Positions 1 to 32,377 of a DNA stretch of 64,000 nt are shown here, one piece after another. Both the position numbers and the translations under genes were made by a program. The notes under the pieces were generated by a model that had not been told where the DNA came from, made no database searches, and saw only the letters and a program-made list of their open reading frames with translations. Each line of letters begins with the position of its first letter. Position 1 is the first letter of the stretch. Source of the DNA: Amoebidium appalachense (lineage: Eukaryota; Protista; Ichthyosporea); NCBI GenBank assembly GCA_963693365.1, contig CAVNZM010000011.1, positions 2,833,098-2,897,097 of the forward strand, given 5' to 3'.

Positions 1-1034
1 GCAAGAGCACGGTTGTGAGTTTTTGCATAATTACTGACGTGTGACACAGACATTTTGCTTCGTTTATTTTATTTTATTTTATTTTATTTTATTTTTTGGG
101 GGGGAGGGGGAGGATGGAGGGGGAAGGGGGGGGGGGGGGGGGATGGGGGATGTGTTGAGACGAGGGGGGAAGGGGGAGGGGAGGGGGATGGGGGATTGGG
201 GATGGGGGCGTAATATGGACACAGCTCTGGATAGCTCGATCGTGGTGGGATGTGCCTAACATCTATTATTGTTATAATGCGCATTTTGACACAAAAGTCC
301 ACTTGATACAGGGTGACTTAGATATCTGGTGTTTGGGGAAAGACATGCGCGAAAGCAACATGGTATAGGTGTGAGAAGCACACGCCCTGACACACACGCG
401 CGCCCACGCTCGCACAAGCACACACACACAATCTTGCTCACTAACTTACATGTGATCATGCATACGAGGCACACACGGTGGCACACACGGACACGTGTAC
501 ATACACACACACAGTATGGTACCGGGGGGGGGGGGGGGGAGGGGAGGGGGGAGGGGGAGGGGGGAGGGGGAGGGGGGGGTTGGCGCATCCCTATGTACTT
601 GTATTACTATCTAATCCTTACTACTAGGGTAAACATTTGGGCTGCACATACTACTGTAATAGATGGTATCTAAACCGCTAAATATTTGGCATATATATGA
701 ATATAAACGAGTAATAATCATCTCTCTCAGCACTAGCCTTGCGACTACAATATGTAAATACTGCGCAAAAGTAAATATGTAAGTGGAGAACAACCGTTTG
801 CAGGCGAACTGAAATGTTCTCAGGACTATATGAGGTGGCATGTACAGATCTCTGCTGTGTGCCTGTGTGTGTCCTTATGAAGAAGTGGCGGGCCAATGCT
901 TGCAAGGGTGCCCCTGGTAATGGCATGCGAACGTTTTTCTTTAGCTCTCTACCCGGCACTGCCTAAATTTTAGCAACCTGATGATGTCGATCTCAAGCAC
1001 ATTTATGTACACCAGGTGCGACTGTTGTTGTAAC

Positions 1035-1107
1035 GGCTCGATGGCTCAGATGGCAGAGCGTCTGCCTAGTAAGCAGAAGGTCCCGAGTTCGATTCTCGGT
1101 CGAGCCT
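1035..1107 (+). tRNA. tRNA-Thr (anticodon AGT), intronless
   Basis: Cloverleaf read directly: acceptor GGCTCGA/TCGAGCC, D-arm GCTC/GAGC, anticodon stem TCTGC/GCAGA with loop CTAGTAA, T-arm CCGAG-TTCGATT-CTCGG; 73 nt; no encoded CCA. Confidence 0.97.
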
Positions 1108-1108
1108 C

Positions 1109-1115
1109 TTTTTTT
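1109..1115 (+). terminator. RNA polymerase III oligo-dT terminator of the tRNA gene
   Basis: T7 run immediately after the tRNA 3' end. Confidence 0.8.
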
Positions 1116-1426
1116 ACCCCCTGTTTCTCTCCTTTTTTTTCTTTTCTTTTCTTTTGTTTTTCTTCTCTCTCTTTTTGTTTTTTCCGTGCTTTCAAATTTT
1201 CAGTTCACGTTCCGTAGATGACATCTCAGCCCGCATCGGGCAACAGGTGCCTCGTTGCATGTCTGTGCTTGTACATGTACTGCCTTGGGCTACATCATCA
1301 CAACTAGCTTTTGTACGCATTATTTTTAAATAAATGTACATTCGAGCTCGTTCTATGCCGCAGAGCAGCTTGCCAATGATGCATGTTAACGACATTTGGG
1401 TGATAAATTATGTGTGTGTGTGCCAC

Positions 1427-1484
<58 letters not shown>

Positions 1485-1544
1485 CGCGCGAATATGGAGG
1501 TTGGGTGAGTGGGTAGATGATTGCGGTATGGTGGTACCGGAGGT

Positions 1545-1589
<45 letters not shown>

Positions 1590-1601
1590 CGTGTCCTTGT
1601 G

Positions 1602-1654
<53 letters not shown>

Positions 1655-2387
1655 CTGCTACTGTGTGCTACAAAATCATTATCTCGGACGAAATTTAATA
1701 ATAATTGTTGGCAGCCCAGCCCTGCTTGAGCACCGTATTACCTTGATGCCTTTCTTCGGTTATTGACAACAAGGGTGAGTTATATTTTCGTATTTCGCTA
1801 AAACAATACCAGGTGCTACATATAATATGTGTCTTTTGAATATTTCTACATCTTACATATTGCATAGGTTGAGAGCCATGATAACAATACTCCTTTGAAG
1901 CATTGTACGTGTTGCAACTACATATGGGGCCGAGTTTTGCAAGTACAACAAGCAGATTCGATTTTCGTAAACACAAGCCAAGATCTCAACTCTTCACGCC
2001 CGGAGAAAGTCAAAACTTGGTAGTACATGCTCGTCAGAGTCTAAACCGCCATCCGTGTCGACAGAAACCATCACAGGAAATTCATACATTATACATCAGC
2101 AACAAAATGCAAACCTCCCATGCTGAGGCCGAAGTTGAAAAACTCGGCAACAACCGACATTAGCAACGTTCAAGAAAAAGGCCAGGCATAGTTGCCTTGC
2201 CGGATATACAAGAAGAACAAAATACATTCGATATAACAAAAAGGTAGAAAGAAATGTGCTGCCCACACACTCCTCAAACACGCCTTCAGGAAGCCCGTGT
2301 TCCTTTAAGCTTTTTCGGCTAAGTAGTAGTAAAAAGACAGGTATGTACAAGAGACCCCTAACAATAAAGTTAAAGATACGATACCCA

Positions 2388-3229
2388 CTACACGCTCTCG
2401 GCTCTCGGCTTGTTCTCCTCCTCTCCACTGCTACCCGCTGGAATCTCCGATTCATGATGAGATCCAGCGAGCCTGTCCATTCTTCCCGATTTGGACCTAA
2501 CCGTCTGCATCAATTGGCTGACAAACCGCGAATCAGCCATCGACACGTCACCCCTAATAAGGTGAAGGAATGTGGCCGAAAATGAGTCCATTAAAAAAAT
2601 GAGCAGGGCTACCTGGTGTCCCATCTGTTGAAGCGCAACCTGGGCTGTAACTTCCATAGGGACAAACTCGATTATCAGCGCGTAGCCGAACTCAAACACA
2701 AAGTATACAATCACCGTGCGTATGTTCTGGTTCCTGCATAAGGGAGAATGGGTTAGTCCAGATTGTCAGAAAAAAGAATCCTTGGGGGTACAACAACACA
2801 TTTAAGTGCATCAGAGGTACATAATGAGAGAGTAGTGATGACGCTCAGTGCAACGTGCCCCCCCCCCCCCACACACACACACACACACATATACACATAC
2901 ACACACCTTTCTTTCCCCTTACCTAAGTTGTGGATGATGTAGTGATATGGGACTGACTCGACTTGCATTCTTTCAAACATGTTCATTAAATGGAAAGGTG
3001 GTGTGTCTGGAATAGTGTGTAATTCCTATTCAAACCCCCCCCCCCCCCCCAAAAAAAAAAAAAAAAAAAAGAAAAGAAAAAGGAACAAGAAAAGGGGAAA
3101 AAGAAAAGGGGGGAAAAAGGGGGGGAAAGGGTATGTGTGTGTGTGTGTGTGTGTGGAGGAAGAGGGGGGGGGGGGGGGGGGGGGGGAAGGGAGGGGGTGG
3201 GTGGGTGGGTGGGTGGGTGGTGTGTGTGT

Positions 3230-3260
<31 letters not shown>

Positions 3261-3563
3261 GGGGGGGGAACAAGAACAAGAAGAAGAAGAAGAAGAGAAG
3301 GAGGCGGCAAAAAGATGTATGCCATTTATGTACGATAAAGGAAGAGTAATGTGTCATGTGTGTGTCTGTGTATGTGTGCACGTGCACGCTTGTACGTGTG
3401 TGCTTACGTACGTCGCGCACACGTGTGTGTGTGTGACGTGGGCGCGCGCGCTTGTGCGTGTGTGCTCATGTGTTTGCGCATGTGCGCACATGTGTGGGTT
3501 GCCCTCCTTCATCGTGTTCTATTCGTTTCACTCTTCTTCAATATCTCCCACCTCCTCCCCTCC

Positions 3564-3624
<61 letters not shown>

Positions 3625-5256
3625 TTGTGTTTTTTGGGTGGGTTTTGAAGAGTGGAGGCAGAGCAGGGTAGCTCACCAGTCGCTAACCAAGTTCGAAACC
3701 TTGCGTGTTCTCCATGTGTAGACACTCAGTGTGATTAGTGCCGTAGTTGAGATCACAAGGTAGCCGAAGAAAATCCAAAAGAGCCGTGTTTGGTCATAAT
3801 CTACAACAAGATGCACGCAGGGAGTGATGGAGAGTACAAGACCCAGAATGGAGAAGATGACCACTGGAAGATGGAAAATCGTCGAGAGTTTGTTTTTGGA
3901 GTATGATGTCGTCGACGTGAAAATGTACTTGAGAACACGCAGCCTCCCGACCAGGGTGCCAAAAAAGAAGGCGTCGGCCGTAAACATGACGCCAACGCAA
4001 ACTGTTAACCCTATCCGCACATCGAGACTCAGCTGCTCCTCTCCTCGGATGTTGTCGTAAAACGTGAGGCAGGCAGCAATGAGATTGAAGCTCTGAGACA
4101 CTGTGATCGATCCGAAAATGTAAAAAAGAAACCGTTGACCACGTGCTTGGAGGGCCGGCTGCTCGCGGAATTTGTACGCCAAGCAACCATATACAGCTAT
4201 CACAAGAAGACAAACTAAGCACGATCCGGTCAACAGTAGGCATATCGTGACCGGACTTGTCACCATGGTGGCGCTGATCAAAAAGGGGAATATTAGAATG
4301 ATTACAATCACAGTGACGGCCATGAAGATGGCGTCGCCTGAACGCTGCAGTTTGACTGCCTGTAGCAAGAAAAAGTGTTGGTGAGCGTGTGCACGTAAGT
4401 ATGCACTTGAGTATACCATTTGGTGCGTGTTGAGTGTACAGTTCCGTTGCCCCAGAAAGTTTCTTTTCTCTTTTTTTGGGGGGGCCTGGCTAGTCCCCCT
4501 ATGCTGTCTGTGTATATTCTTGGACACACTCCTTTGCACGGACAAAAGCCCTCCCCTGCTTGCTTTCCCCCTTCCAACGTGCACAAGCACACACACAAAC
4601 CCCATTGTGAAGCATTCACGAATCCACACTCCCTTTTTCATCACTCTGCTCCCTGCTCCAATCTAGCTCAATAGTGTCCATGATGGTGCACTAAGCAATC
4701 AGAGTATGCAAGTGGGGCGCGAGGATAACCACGTACATTCCTAGTAACCTCATTTTCTGTAGCAACCAAGTGGTGTAAGAGTGAACAAAACCAAATCCTA
4801 CCCGCAACCCTTCATAATCCACCCGTTTACCCCCTCGTCCCCAATCCCGTACACAGGGGTGTTCTTACGATTTTGAAATACCCCCTTCCACACCAGCTGT
4901 CCTAATCTACGATGTAAATACACACAAAGAAAATCACTTATTCATACCTGTCGTTCTCTCTCCTGTTGTATCTCCCTTAGGTGTGGCTGGATGGTCGACT
5001 GCACGTTCAAACCCCCCAACATAGCGCTTTGCAACCCCCCAGACGGTGCTTCGTAAGCCATGCTCCCCATCCTAAAGGCACCATAATCTCTCGATGGTGG
5101 ACACATTGATGTGCTTAGCTGCTGGCAGCCGGGCTCCTGCTTGTGAGGTTTTGGTGTCTCTGTGCTTTGGTAGACACTAACATTGTCAAAGGAGACCTGG
5201 TTCTCGTGGCTTGGTCCATCTTGCAGGCTTGGGTCTGAAGCCGGAGGCACCGACAT
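2388..5256 (-). CDS. Paralog A: 8-helix membrane protein with class C (7tm_3) GPCR-like motifs, ~445 aa, 3 exons
   Basis: Exons 5256-4948, 4359-3677, 2733-2388, both introns GT-AG, total 1338 nt in frame. Motifs KFREQPALQARG, FGTLVGRLRVLKYIF, WRTRKVSNLVSDW, GHQVALLIFLMDSF are shared with paralogs B and C, which have the same intron positions and phases. The GPCR-like assignment is by motif resemblance only. Confidence 0.85.
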
Positions 5257-6693
5257 GGTGCGCGTTTTGAAACGATTATGGAAAAATGGCCAACTAAAAC
5301 TAACTGTTGAATTTTTGTGCAAACAAAAACCAAGGTCGATAAGTGACTGAATAGGGGACACAGTCTCGGGAAGGCAAGGTCTAAACTACTCTAGCACGAA
5401 AGTAAAGTGCAAAGAGCTTCAGTAGAGTGAATGGTTAGAAGTTGCTTATGAGCCAAAAAAAAAAAAAAAAGAACAGGGCTGTTCGTATCTAGGGGAACAT
5501 GAGATGAGTACGTATGAACTTAAAAGTCTGTGCTTATGAAACGGTTGGGCTTGCACTTTCAAATTGTAGTTATGCGAAAGGTGTGTGCTATATCAAGAAA
5601 GTTTACTGAGGTCCGACTCGAACTTGGTGAGTCAATGTTTTTCTCTTGCGTATGCAGACACGTACTTAAAGAGAATGCATCTTGTGTCGACGTACTATAC
5701 TTTCAGAAGAAACCCGCTGAAGGTAGACCCTTCATCGTGCGTTCTATCTTTCGTGTAGATGACATAGACAAAACCTGCACAAACTTATACAGATAGTTGT
5801 CACTCAACTTGTCAGACAACACTTGGTGTGTGTGCGTGACCAGTGCGCACACGTCGGCCTCTTTGTATGTAACGAACAGGGTACGAAATCTGTATCCCAC
5901 ATGATTGATGATCGAACAAATGGAAAAAACAACTATATGATGTCTGTCAATGCGGGGGTTTGGGCGTAATTTACTGCCATTACGCTCTACCATCTTTCGT
6001 GTTTTGGAGGGGTAATGTAATGTTTATTGTTTTACTCCTCTCCTCGGGGAGTTGTCACTTGTGTAGAAGTTGGACCTAAAAAAATAACGAGAGAACATTT
6101 CCTACCCTACCACTTCAACGTTGATTGGCACATTTGTTCTCATTCCAGGGCGATAACCGGACCAGATCTAGGTTGTCGGGTCGGTTCAATGTTGCTCATG
6201 TTATCTACGAGTGGTTACCATTAAATAGGTACATAAGCATTTTGTTTTTGTGCAAGGCATATTAGAGCCCAAAAAATAGTTTAGTAAAGCAAGAACAACA
6301 ACTGTAAATGCGACCGCACAAGCGCGCTATCGGGTTATTCCGTGATACAATGTGAGCCCGAATCGCGAGTCGACATCAGACAACTGCTTACTGATTGGAT
6401 TAAAGAGCTCCAAATACGTCATTAGTAGTCTACATCGTGTTTACGATGTTAAGGGCTTCCCAAAATTCCTATATGTTAAATCAGTATGCAAAGCAAGTGA
6501 TTGTTTGCCAGTGCCATGTACATACAACCAGAAATGTGCCTTTGATAAACTTTTTTTATCTCACCAAATTAACTAGGCATATTCTCCCCTGTAATGCTTG
6601 TACGTGTTTGCTTATTCTGTCAATAACATCCTATTTTCACAGGCCTGCAGCTGGTGGCAGCCTGCGGGCAGGCAGCGCTCCCTAGAAAGATGT

Positions 6694-6701
6694 TGACGTC
6701 A
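6694..6701. promoter_or_regulatory. CRE palindrome TGACGTCA in the divergent region between paralog A and the pseudokinase
   Basis: Exact 8-bp CREB/ATF-type palindrome; function is inferred. Confidence 0.35.
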
Positions 6702-7318
6702 TCTGGGCGTAGTCTGCCTTGCTCAAGTCACCGTGTGTCGTCATCAGGACGCCAACTTGTCTGATCGTGAAACAGGCTGTGTGTTTGTCTTAGAAGTCAA
6801 AGCTTACATGCAGGTTGATACAGATTATATAGGTTATGATTCAGTTGTGTTAGAAGGAAGCCCAGAAGCATCATTTTATTGTCGTACTGCCTTTGCTTTG
6901 CTGGGCATTGTGCTCGAGTTCTGCCCTCGCTTCAAGCTCAGCGCAACACCCTCAGCTAGGGGACTTCTTCAGAGTAGATCTTGTGTTGTTGCAGCAGATG
7001 CACGTTTTCCTCCCATGAAACATTGGATTTAAAGGTGAATCTAGTAGCGTATACATGTAGGTAGAAACAGTAGTGGCGAAACCAAACGATAAACAGGCGA
7101 GATCTTTTTCACAGTAGCTTTTGTCGCCCCAGATCCAGCATTTTCACATCGCTCAGAAGATATGCAGTTTCAAATATCATGACTGTACCAGACCCGCTTT
7201 CTTATTAACTATTAAGATTCACCTAAGAATCCCCTCCTTAAGTATAATAACAAAAAACATGATGCACTTTTCAAAACTCCGATAATAGACACACCCACAC
7301 ACACACTCATCATCCAAG

Positions 7319-21335
<14,017 letters not shown>

Positions 21336-21881
21336 TTGAATAGTTGTTGTCTGAATGTGCTTGTAGGGTGACCGAGGAGGGGGGAGGGGGGGGGGGGGGG
21401 GGGGGGGTGTTGAAGGGAGGTATGGAGAAGACACGCATAACACTAGCTTTGGGGTGTCTAAATTCGTGGGGATGGGATGAATGAGTTTTGTTGATTAATC
21501 GTCTGCCTCGCAGTCGCTTTTCGTCTTTTCTTTTCTCTCCTTTATTTGTGTTCTCTAATTTTTTTTTTTCCGCTTCCGTTTTTTTCTCGTTTTATTATTG
21601 TTTGCCCAACCGGCCCGGTCCATGAATCAAGCCTTGATGTGAGTTTAAGGCGCACATTAAGATTTTTAGGCAGTACTCGAGCATTGCCCTGAGTGGTTTG
21701 CAACTGTACAATTTTTGATCATAACGGTTTTGTTATATATAAATTTATTGTAGCTGAGTATGTGATGGCTATTCACATGGGACTTTCGAATGCGAGTTTT
21801 TGTTGAACAAAATTCAAGTTGGCATGAAACTGTACATGGTGTTTGCCCCCCCCCCCCCCCCCCCCTCCCCCCCCCCCCCCC

Positions 21882-22020
21882 CTCGGGTACTGTGGATGAC
21901 GTGGGCCCCCCCTGAGGATGGGCTCTGCTTATTATGCATACTCTTTATGTATGGCTTGCATTCTGCATCGTGTTATCCGTTTGTTCTTGTGTACTTCGTA
22001 CTTTTTGACGCATTCAAACC
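21882..22020 (+). mobile_element. Short interspersed element, subfamily 1; near-identical copy at 46590-46728
   Basis: About 139 bp (CTCGGGTACTGTGGATGACGTGGGCCCC...CTGAGGATGGGCTCTGCTTATTATGCATAC...GCATTCAAACCC) almost identical to 46590-46728; embedded between poly-C tracts; no coding capacity. Mobility is inferred from dispersal. Confidence 0.7.
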
Positions 22021-22329
22021 CCCCCCCCCCCCCCTCCCCCCCTCCACCCCCCCACCCCTTTTTGGCCATCCATCCGTTTTCACCCAATGTCACGGGAGCT
22101 CAAATCAGTGATATGGACTTTACATATTTATGCACATTGAAGGACGTGTGCTTTACTTATGTAAAAAATTGATGTGCATGTTTGACTGTGTGGATGGGTG
22201 GGCACCCGGTGTGAAGTGTAACCCGACTGAGAGGGAATTCTAAAGCCTCAGACTTCAAATACGGTTTTTGTGCTTTTCCGAGACTGGAAAAACTCGGTAC
22301 TCATGGCAAATCTGTCGGGGCTTTCATGC

Positions 22330-22348
22330 TGACGTCATCATGACGTCA
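22330..22348. promoter_or_regulatory. Tandem pair of CRE palindromes (TGACGTCA x2) ~480 bp upstream of paralog B
   Basis: TGACGTCA at 22330-22337 and 22341-22348. Confidence 0.5.
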
Positions 22349-22823
22349 TAATGAAAGTGCCGGCTTTTATATCCTCGTTCTCGCCCGGACTCAGAGTCGG
22401 CACCAGTTGCCAGTTCGTCGTTCAAGTAGGTAGGGCGGGCTATAGCAACACACACAGTCCTTAACCCATAATAAAACTACAAAGAACTTAATACATCCAT
22501 GCACAACGACACAAGCGCACGCCACCCCTGATCTTTTGCTCAGTTCTCAGTTTCTGGTAGTATATAAGCAAGGTGTGCAGTTTCTTATAATGCGTTTATC
22601 ACGAAGCCCACGTCGAACGTAACTTACTTGATTGCAACAAATCAGTTAATTCTTGGGCTCGGCTCACTTTCTTTCCAAAATATGCTTAACTATGGCTAGT
22701 GTGTTATTTTCGTTTGTCGGTGCTTAGGAATGACCACCCTTTCAGCTAGACGTAACATAGAAAGAACACCCGAAAGGGCCCTTAGCTCATACCTAGTTGT
22801 CAGTGTACATAAGGTCTGATCCC

Positions 22824-27506
<4,683 letters not shown>

Positions 27507-28985
27507 GGGGCACACGGGCGGGTACGCGTGCACACAGGCACACAAACACGCACACACACGCGCTGCACGCACATACACACAGCACATCACCCCCCCCCCC
27601 CCCCCCCCCCCCCCCCCCATCTCCCTCCCTCCCTCAATTCTTAAATATTGTGTATGCATGCAAGCACACTGTGCATGAACGAATGGAGATCGACTTGAAT
27701 CTTGACGAAGGATGTGAAGTAGCAAATATGAATGTGGAACTCGTATTACGAGGGGCTCGTAGCTGCTGGCATGATATAATATATTTGTACATTGAAGACT
27801 GTACGCGATTTAGCATAGTGATATAGACGCTGATGTTTGATTGGTTCCTTTAGTCAAAACATACCCGTCCTATCAGCCCGTTTTATGTGTTACAGATGTT
27901 GTTGTTGTTGATTGATTATGCTTTGTTTAGATAGTATGGTATTTTATATATTTTAATTTTTTGTCATCGCCACAGTGTTGTAACACTCAAATTTTTGATT
28001 CGTTGCATAGAATTAGTATTGGTGATAGAACATACCGGCTTTAAAAGTAGTTAAAATGTTGTTTTCATTGGTTCCCGATGTTTATGATTCAGGTTGTTCG
28101 GTTGGGTAGTGTGTTTGTCTTTATTTTGAAATTGTTATAAAAAAGTTAAACTGTGGTGTTAAAAGAAGTTATCTTTCAGGTTCGCTAAGTTGATCTCAGG
28201 CATAATATAAAGGTTATCCTTTTTAACAGTTTTCTAGATATAGCCAATTTTTTATCTAGCTGGAAAAAAAAATCACTTATTGGTTCCAGCAGTTTTGGGT
28301 GTCTAACGCCCCGAACATTAATCCTACGTTACTTGAGGTGTCGGTTAGGGACAACAAATGTACATTGAAATTTCGCGTTGTGTCCATGTTTTTAGTAGTT
28401 AGTAGGTTCTTGGTATTACTAAGATATGGCCCCAGATAACCTTTAAATGGTTACATATATATCCATTATCGAATGAACGATCGTCGTATGTATGTAGTGG
28501 GAGTGGTTATAATAAAAACGGATGTCTGTGCAACACTTCAAACCCCTCATGTCTGTAAAAACAGCCAGCCAGGTTGAAATTTACGAATTTATCTGGAAGT
28601 TTATAAATTAGCGAACAACATGTATGACGCAAATACCAAGCGCTGAGCCTGCCGAATTTTGAACTTTACTAATTACATCGCATGATGCAAATGATGTTCC
28701 AAATTAGCCAACAAATTTGTAATCGGTTGATTTGTCGTGTGCACGCATTGACCCTCTACTATAAATATAGTTATAGAACTAGTTAAAAAAGTAGGAATGT
28801 AGCAAGTGAAAACGAATTCACGATTCTTAGACTATAGTATGTAGTGGGATGGCATGTGCACACGCATGTAAGATCTTGGTCTCTGTTATACTTCTCGACC
28901 TCTGATCAGACTTGCGGCTCTCTCTCAGCTAGAGGGCTCCCCCTTCCCTTGTGTGTGTATTGGGCCGGTGGTTGCAATTGTGTGG

Positions 28986-29018
<33 letters not shown>

Positions 29019-29091
29019 TTACAACAAAAACAATTGAAAAAAAAATAGATGAGCAAAATTTAAAAGATCTGGGGGAAAACGGGAGGGAGGG

Positions 29092-29144
<53 letters not shown>

Positions 29145-30362
29145 ATTCAACCATGGCCTTTACGTCTAGCTAATATTAGGCTAGATGTCCTGGACCAGAG
29201 ACAGCAACATGGAGAGTCCACCAAATATTTATAGTTCCTCTAATTATTGTACGCATGTTTGTGCACGTATACATTGCATTAAGCCTTCATCCTGCCTCTT
29301 GAGACCCCTAGGCTTCATCAGACCGAGTGCACTTTCGGTGCAATCCGTCCATTCATGTGCAATACCTTTAACCACCTTAATTTTACATTTCACAACCTTG
29401 CCGATTTAAATGTTTGTGTCACTTTCGTGCAGAATCTTTTTCTCGCAAACATCTAGATAAATGTATTAATTTATCTCATATTCTTCCGTTAGAAATTCGA
29501 AGACTAGCTTATTTAGATAATCCTGATATTACTTCTATTGACTACCACCGTATGTTTAACGAGTTTTCTAGGGTGTATGATTATTTGAGTCGTTATCTCC
29601 TCCGTATCCGTGAGTAGGGGTTTTTGTATTTTCTTCTCTGAGATATCTGTGATATCTCCGGCTTGCTTCTCTTTCATGAGCATATCAATAAAGTCATTAT
29701 AAATTTTTTGCAAGAGAACTATGAGTACATCTGCTATTATTACATCAGCTTCAATAAGGATGCACATTGTGCTAACATACCGGCTGCCAGCATATTGGAT
29801 ATTATTAAAAGGAATGGGCTAGCTGTAGCAGCGGTGTTATCACACGGGGTTTTAGCACATGTATCCGTCATATATATTGATCTGCCTATGTGCATGTGTT
29901 CAAGTGAATCTCAGCAAATTTCAGTGTACATGCAATTTTCATCAGACACAACTAATTTATAAATTGGATTGTTTGCCTACAAACACGCATACAAACAAGA
30001 CTTAGTTTATAGTCGTCTATATTCCTACTTTTTTTTGTGTATTTTTATATTTAACTATCTGGCAGCTCTTATGTACCGCATGCCCCCCCCCCTCCCCTTT
30101 CCCCCCCTTAAAAAAAAGGAAACAAACAACTAAAAAATCATTCGCCTACACAAAAAAAAAGTTCCATTGCACATCTCATATACATACAGCAACAACAACT
30201 AAACCTAAATACTTACTCTATTTAAAGCGAGTCCTACATACCCATGCATCGACTGGCTCCAAAATTACACGTTCCACCTCGCCTCTGCTCTAATTAGAAC
30301 TCTCACGGTAACAGTGTCTCACATGACCACCCATTCATACCCATTCACGCCCTTCTCTAACG

Positions 30363-30941
30363 CTATTCATGCACATGTGACGGGCCAGATAAAAGCGGTG
30401 GTGAATGAATATTTACATGTAGCCCACCAGCCGGCACCGCCACCCCCGACTCCTTTTCCTTCGACGCAGTTCTGTCCAGTTTTGCAGCTTCCCTTTTGCA
30501 TTTCCACAAATGGTATAATGTTGCAGAAAACGAGTCCAGAAGGAAGATCAGAAGAGATATCTGGTGGGATAGCTGAATAATCGCTATCTGCACCGTCAGC
30601 TCCATGTCGATGAAATTCACGCACAGGTTGACGACTATCCACAGGAAGAAATACACCACCACCGCACGGATGTTCTGGTACCTGTGATTGTATTGTGCAT
30701 ATCATTTAGCGTCTCATTTAATAATTTTTATTAGTTCAGGCTTGCAATGCTATGAGCAGCTAGCTATTACAGGGTAGAAAAAGTGGTGTGCAAACAAGAG
30801 CAAAAGTCAGTCCTCCTCCCCCCCCCCCCTCCCCCCCCCCCCCGCCCACAGACACATACAAAAAAAAAAAAACCCTGCTCTCAGAACAATCAAACTGAAA
30901 CAAAACATAAGAAGGGCCCATACAGTACAGCATGCACACAT

Positions 30942-30974
<33 letters not shown>

Positions 30975-31204
30975 CCCGTACGCTCTGTTAAAAATATCAT
31001 GTAAGCATGTATTTGCAACCGCGCATGTGTAGGAATGACCAGGCATATGCATGTATATTTGGAAACATGTGCAGGGGAAAGGAGAGGGGAGGAGGGGAAA
31101 CGAAGGCACGGGAAGGAAGGCCGAAATGAGCTATGGTTCATCTGACCGGAAGCACACGAATGCGCTAACAGTATGCATGTGGGCGTGGACGTGGGAGGGG
31201 GAGG

Positions 31205-31242
<38 letters not shown>

Positions 31243-32346
31243 GCTTATAGCTACTGTGTATCATGATGTGAGTAAACGAGCGAAAGTGTATACATGCATG
31301 TTAGACTCGGACATGTGTGCATGTACTTTTGAACGTGTGGTACGGAAGTTGTGTGTCGGGCGGAGAGACGCAGTGCAGGAGATGGGCCGGTGGCTATGTT
31401 GGCAGTGCCAGCGTGCGCACAAACACGGGGGTATGCTCCTGTGTTGGGTTCGCATGATGGAGCTTAAATGTGTGGTTGAATGAGGTGGTAAAGTGGGAGT
31501 TCGGAGTTGTGGTGAAGGGACACTCGCCAGTCACAGAACAGATTGGTGATCTTCCGCGTTGCCCACGTCTTCCAGGAGAGAATTGCCAACGAGCCGGCGC
31601 CCATAATCATATACCCACCAAACAACCAATCGACAGATGTGGTATCATGGTTAGCTAAGTTGAACACTACTGATAATGTGCAAGCCAATAGGCCAACCAC
31701 CGTGAGAACAACGATTGGCATGTGAAACATGCGGTTTAACTCCTTCTGTGTGTATACCTTGGTCTGTATGAATAAGGCTTCCACTACCCTTAGTCTTCCG
31801 CACATGCTTCCGAAAAGCACAGCATCGGAAATGGATGCGAGATAGAGAAAAATGCTGACCACAACCTCATAGGTCAAATCTGCCGTTGTGCGGGGCGGGG
31901 TGCTGTAATGAATCAACACAATGGCCGCTATAAAGCTGCAAAACTGGGAAGAAAACGTCGAGCTGAAAATGTATATGAGAAACCTGTCTCCGCGAGCTTT
32001 TATGGCCGGCTCGTTTCGAAATTGATACACAAAATAGCCATATAAACCGACAATAGCTAAGCAGATCAGATCCGACACAAAATAGAGGATCATGGTGAGC
32101 CGTGTCTCGTCGGTAATTGCACCAACTATGATGCAAGGGGTTAGAAGGATAAACGAGACCAGAAGCACAAAAAAGAAAAGGCTGTTTCCTTTCTCCTGCA
32201 GCAGCACGGCCTGTGGGCGGGAACGGAAGTCATGTCAACATAATGACTCGAACAGGACAAGAGGCGTGCAGCTACACGAGTTTAACAAGCTCTACACAGG
32301 TGATGCTCGCATAAGCAGCTAAGTTCTTCCCCCCCCCCCCCTCCCC

Positions 32347-32377
<31 letters not shown>

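Noticed and set aside
200-959. Possible 5' end of a minus-strand gene (MPLPGAPLQALARHFFIRTHTGTQQRSVH, transit-peptide-like)
   Set aside because: I could not build a consistent exon chain or recognise a domain; left unresolved.
981-1217. 78-aa ORF
   Set aside because: Overlaps the tRNA-Thr gene and its T-rich trailer.
5530-7032. Short non-repetitive ORFs between paralog A and the pseudokinase
   Set aside because: No recognisable motifs or splice structure; consistent with promoter or UTR sequence.
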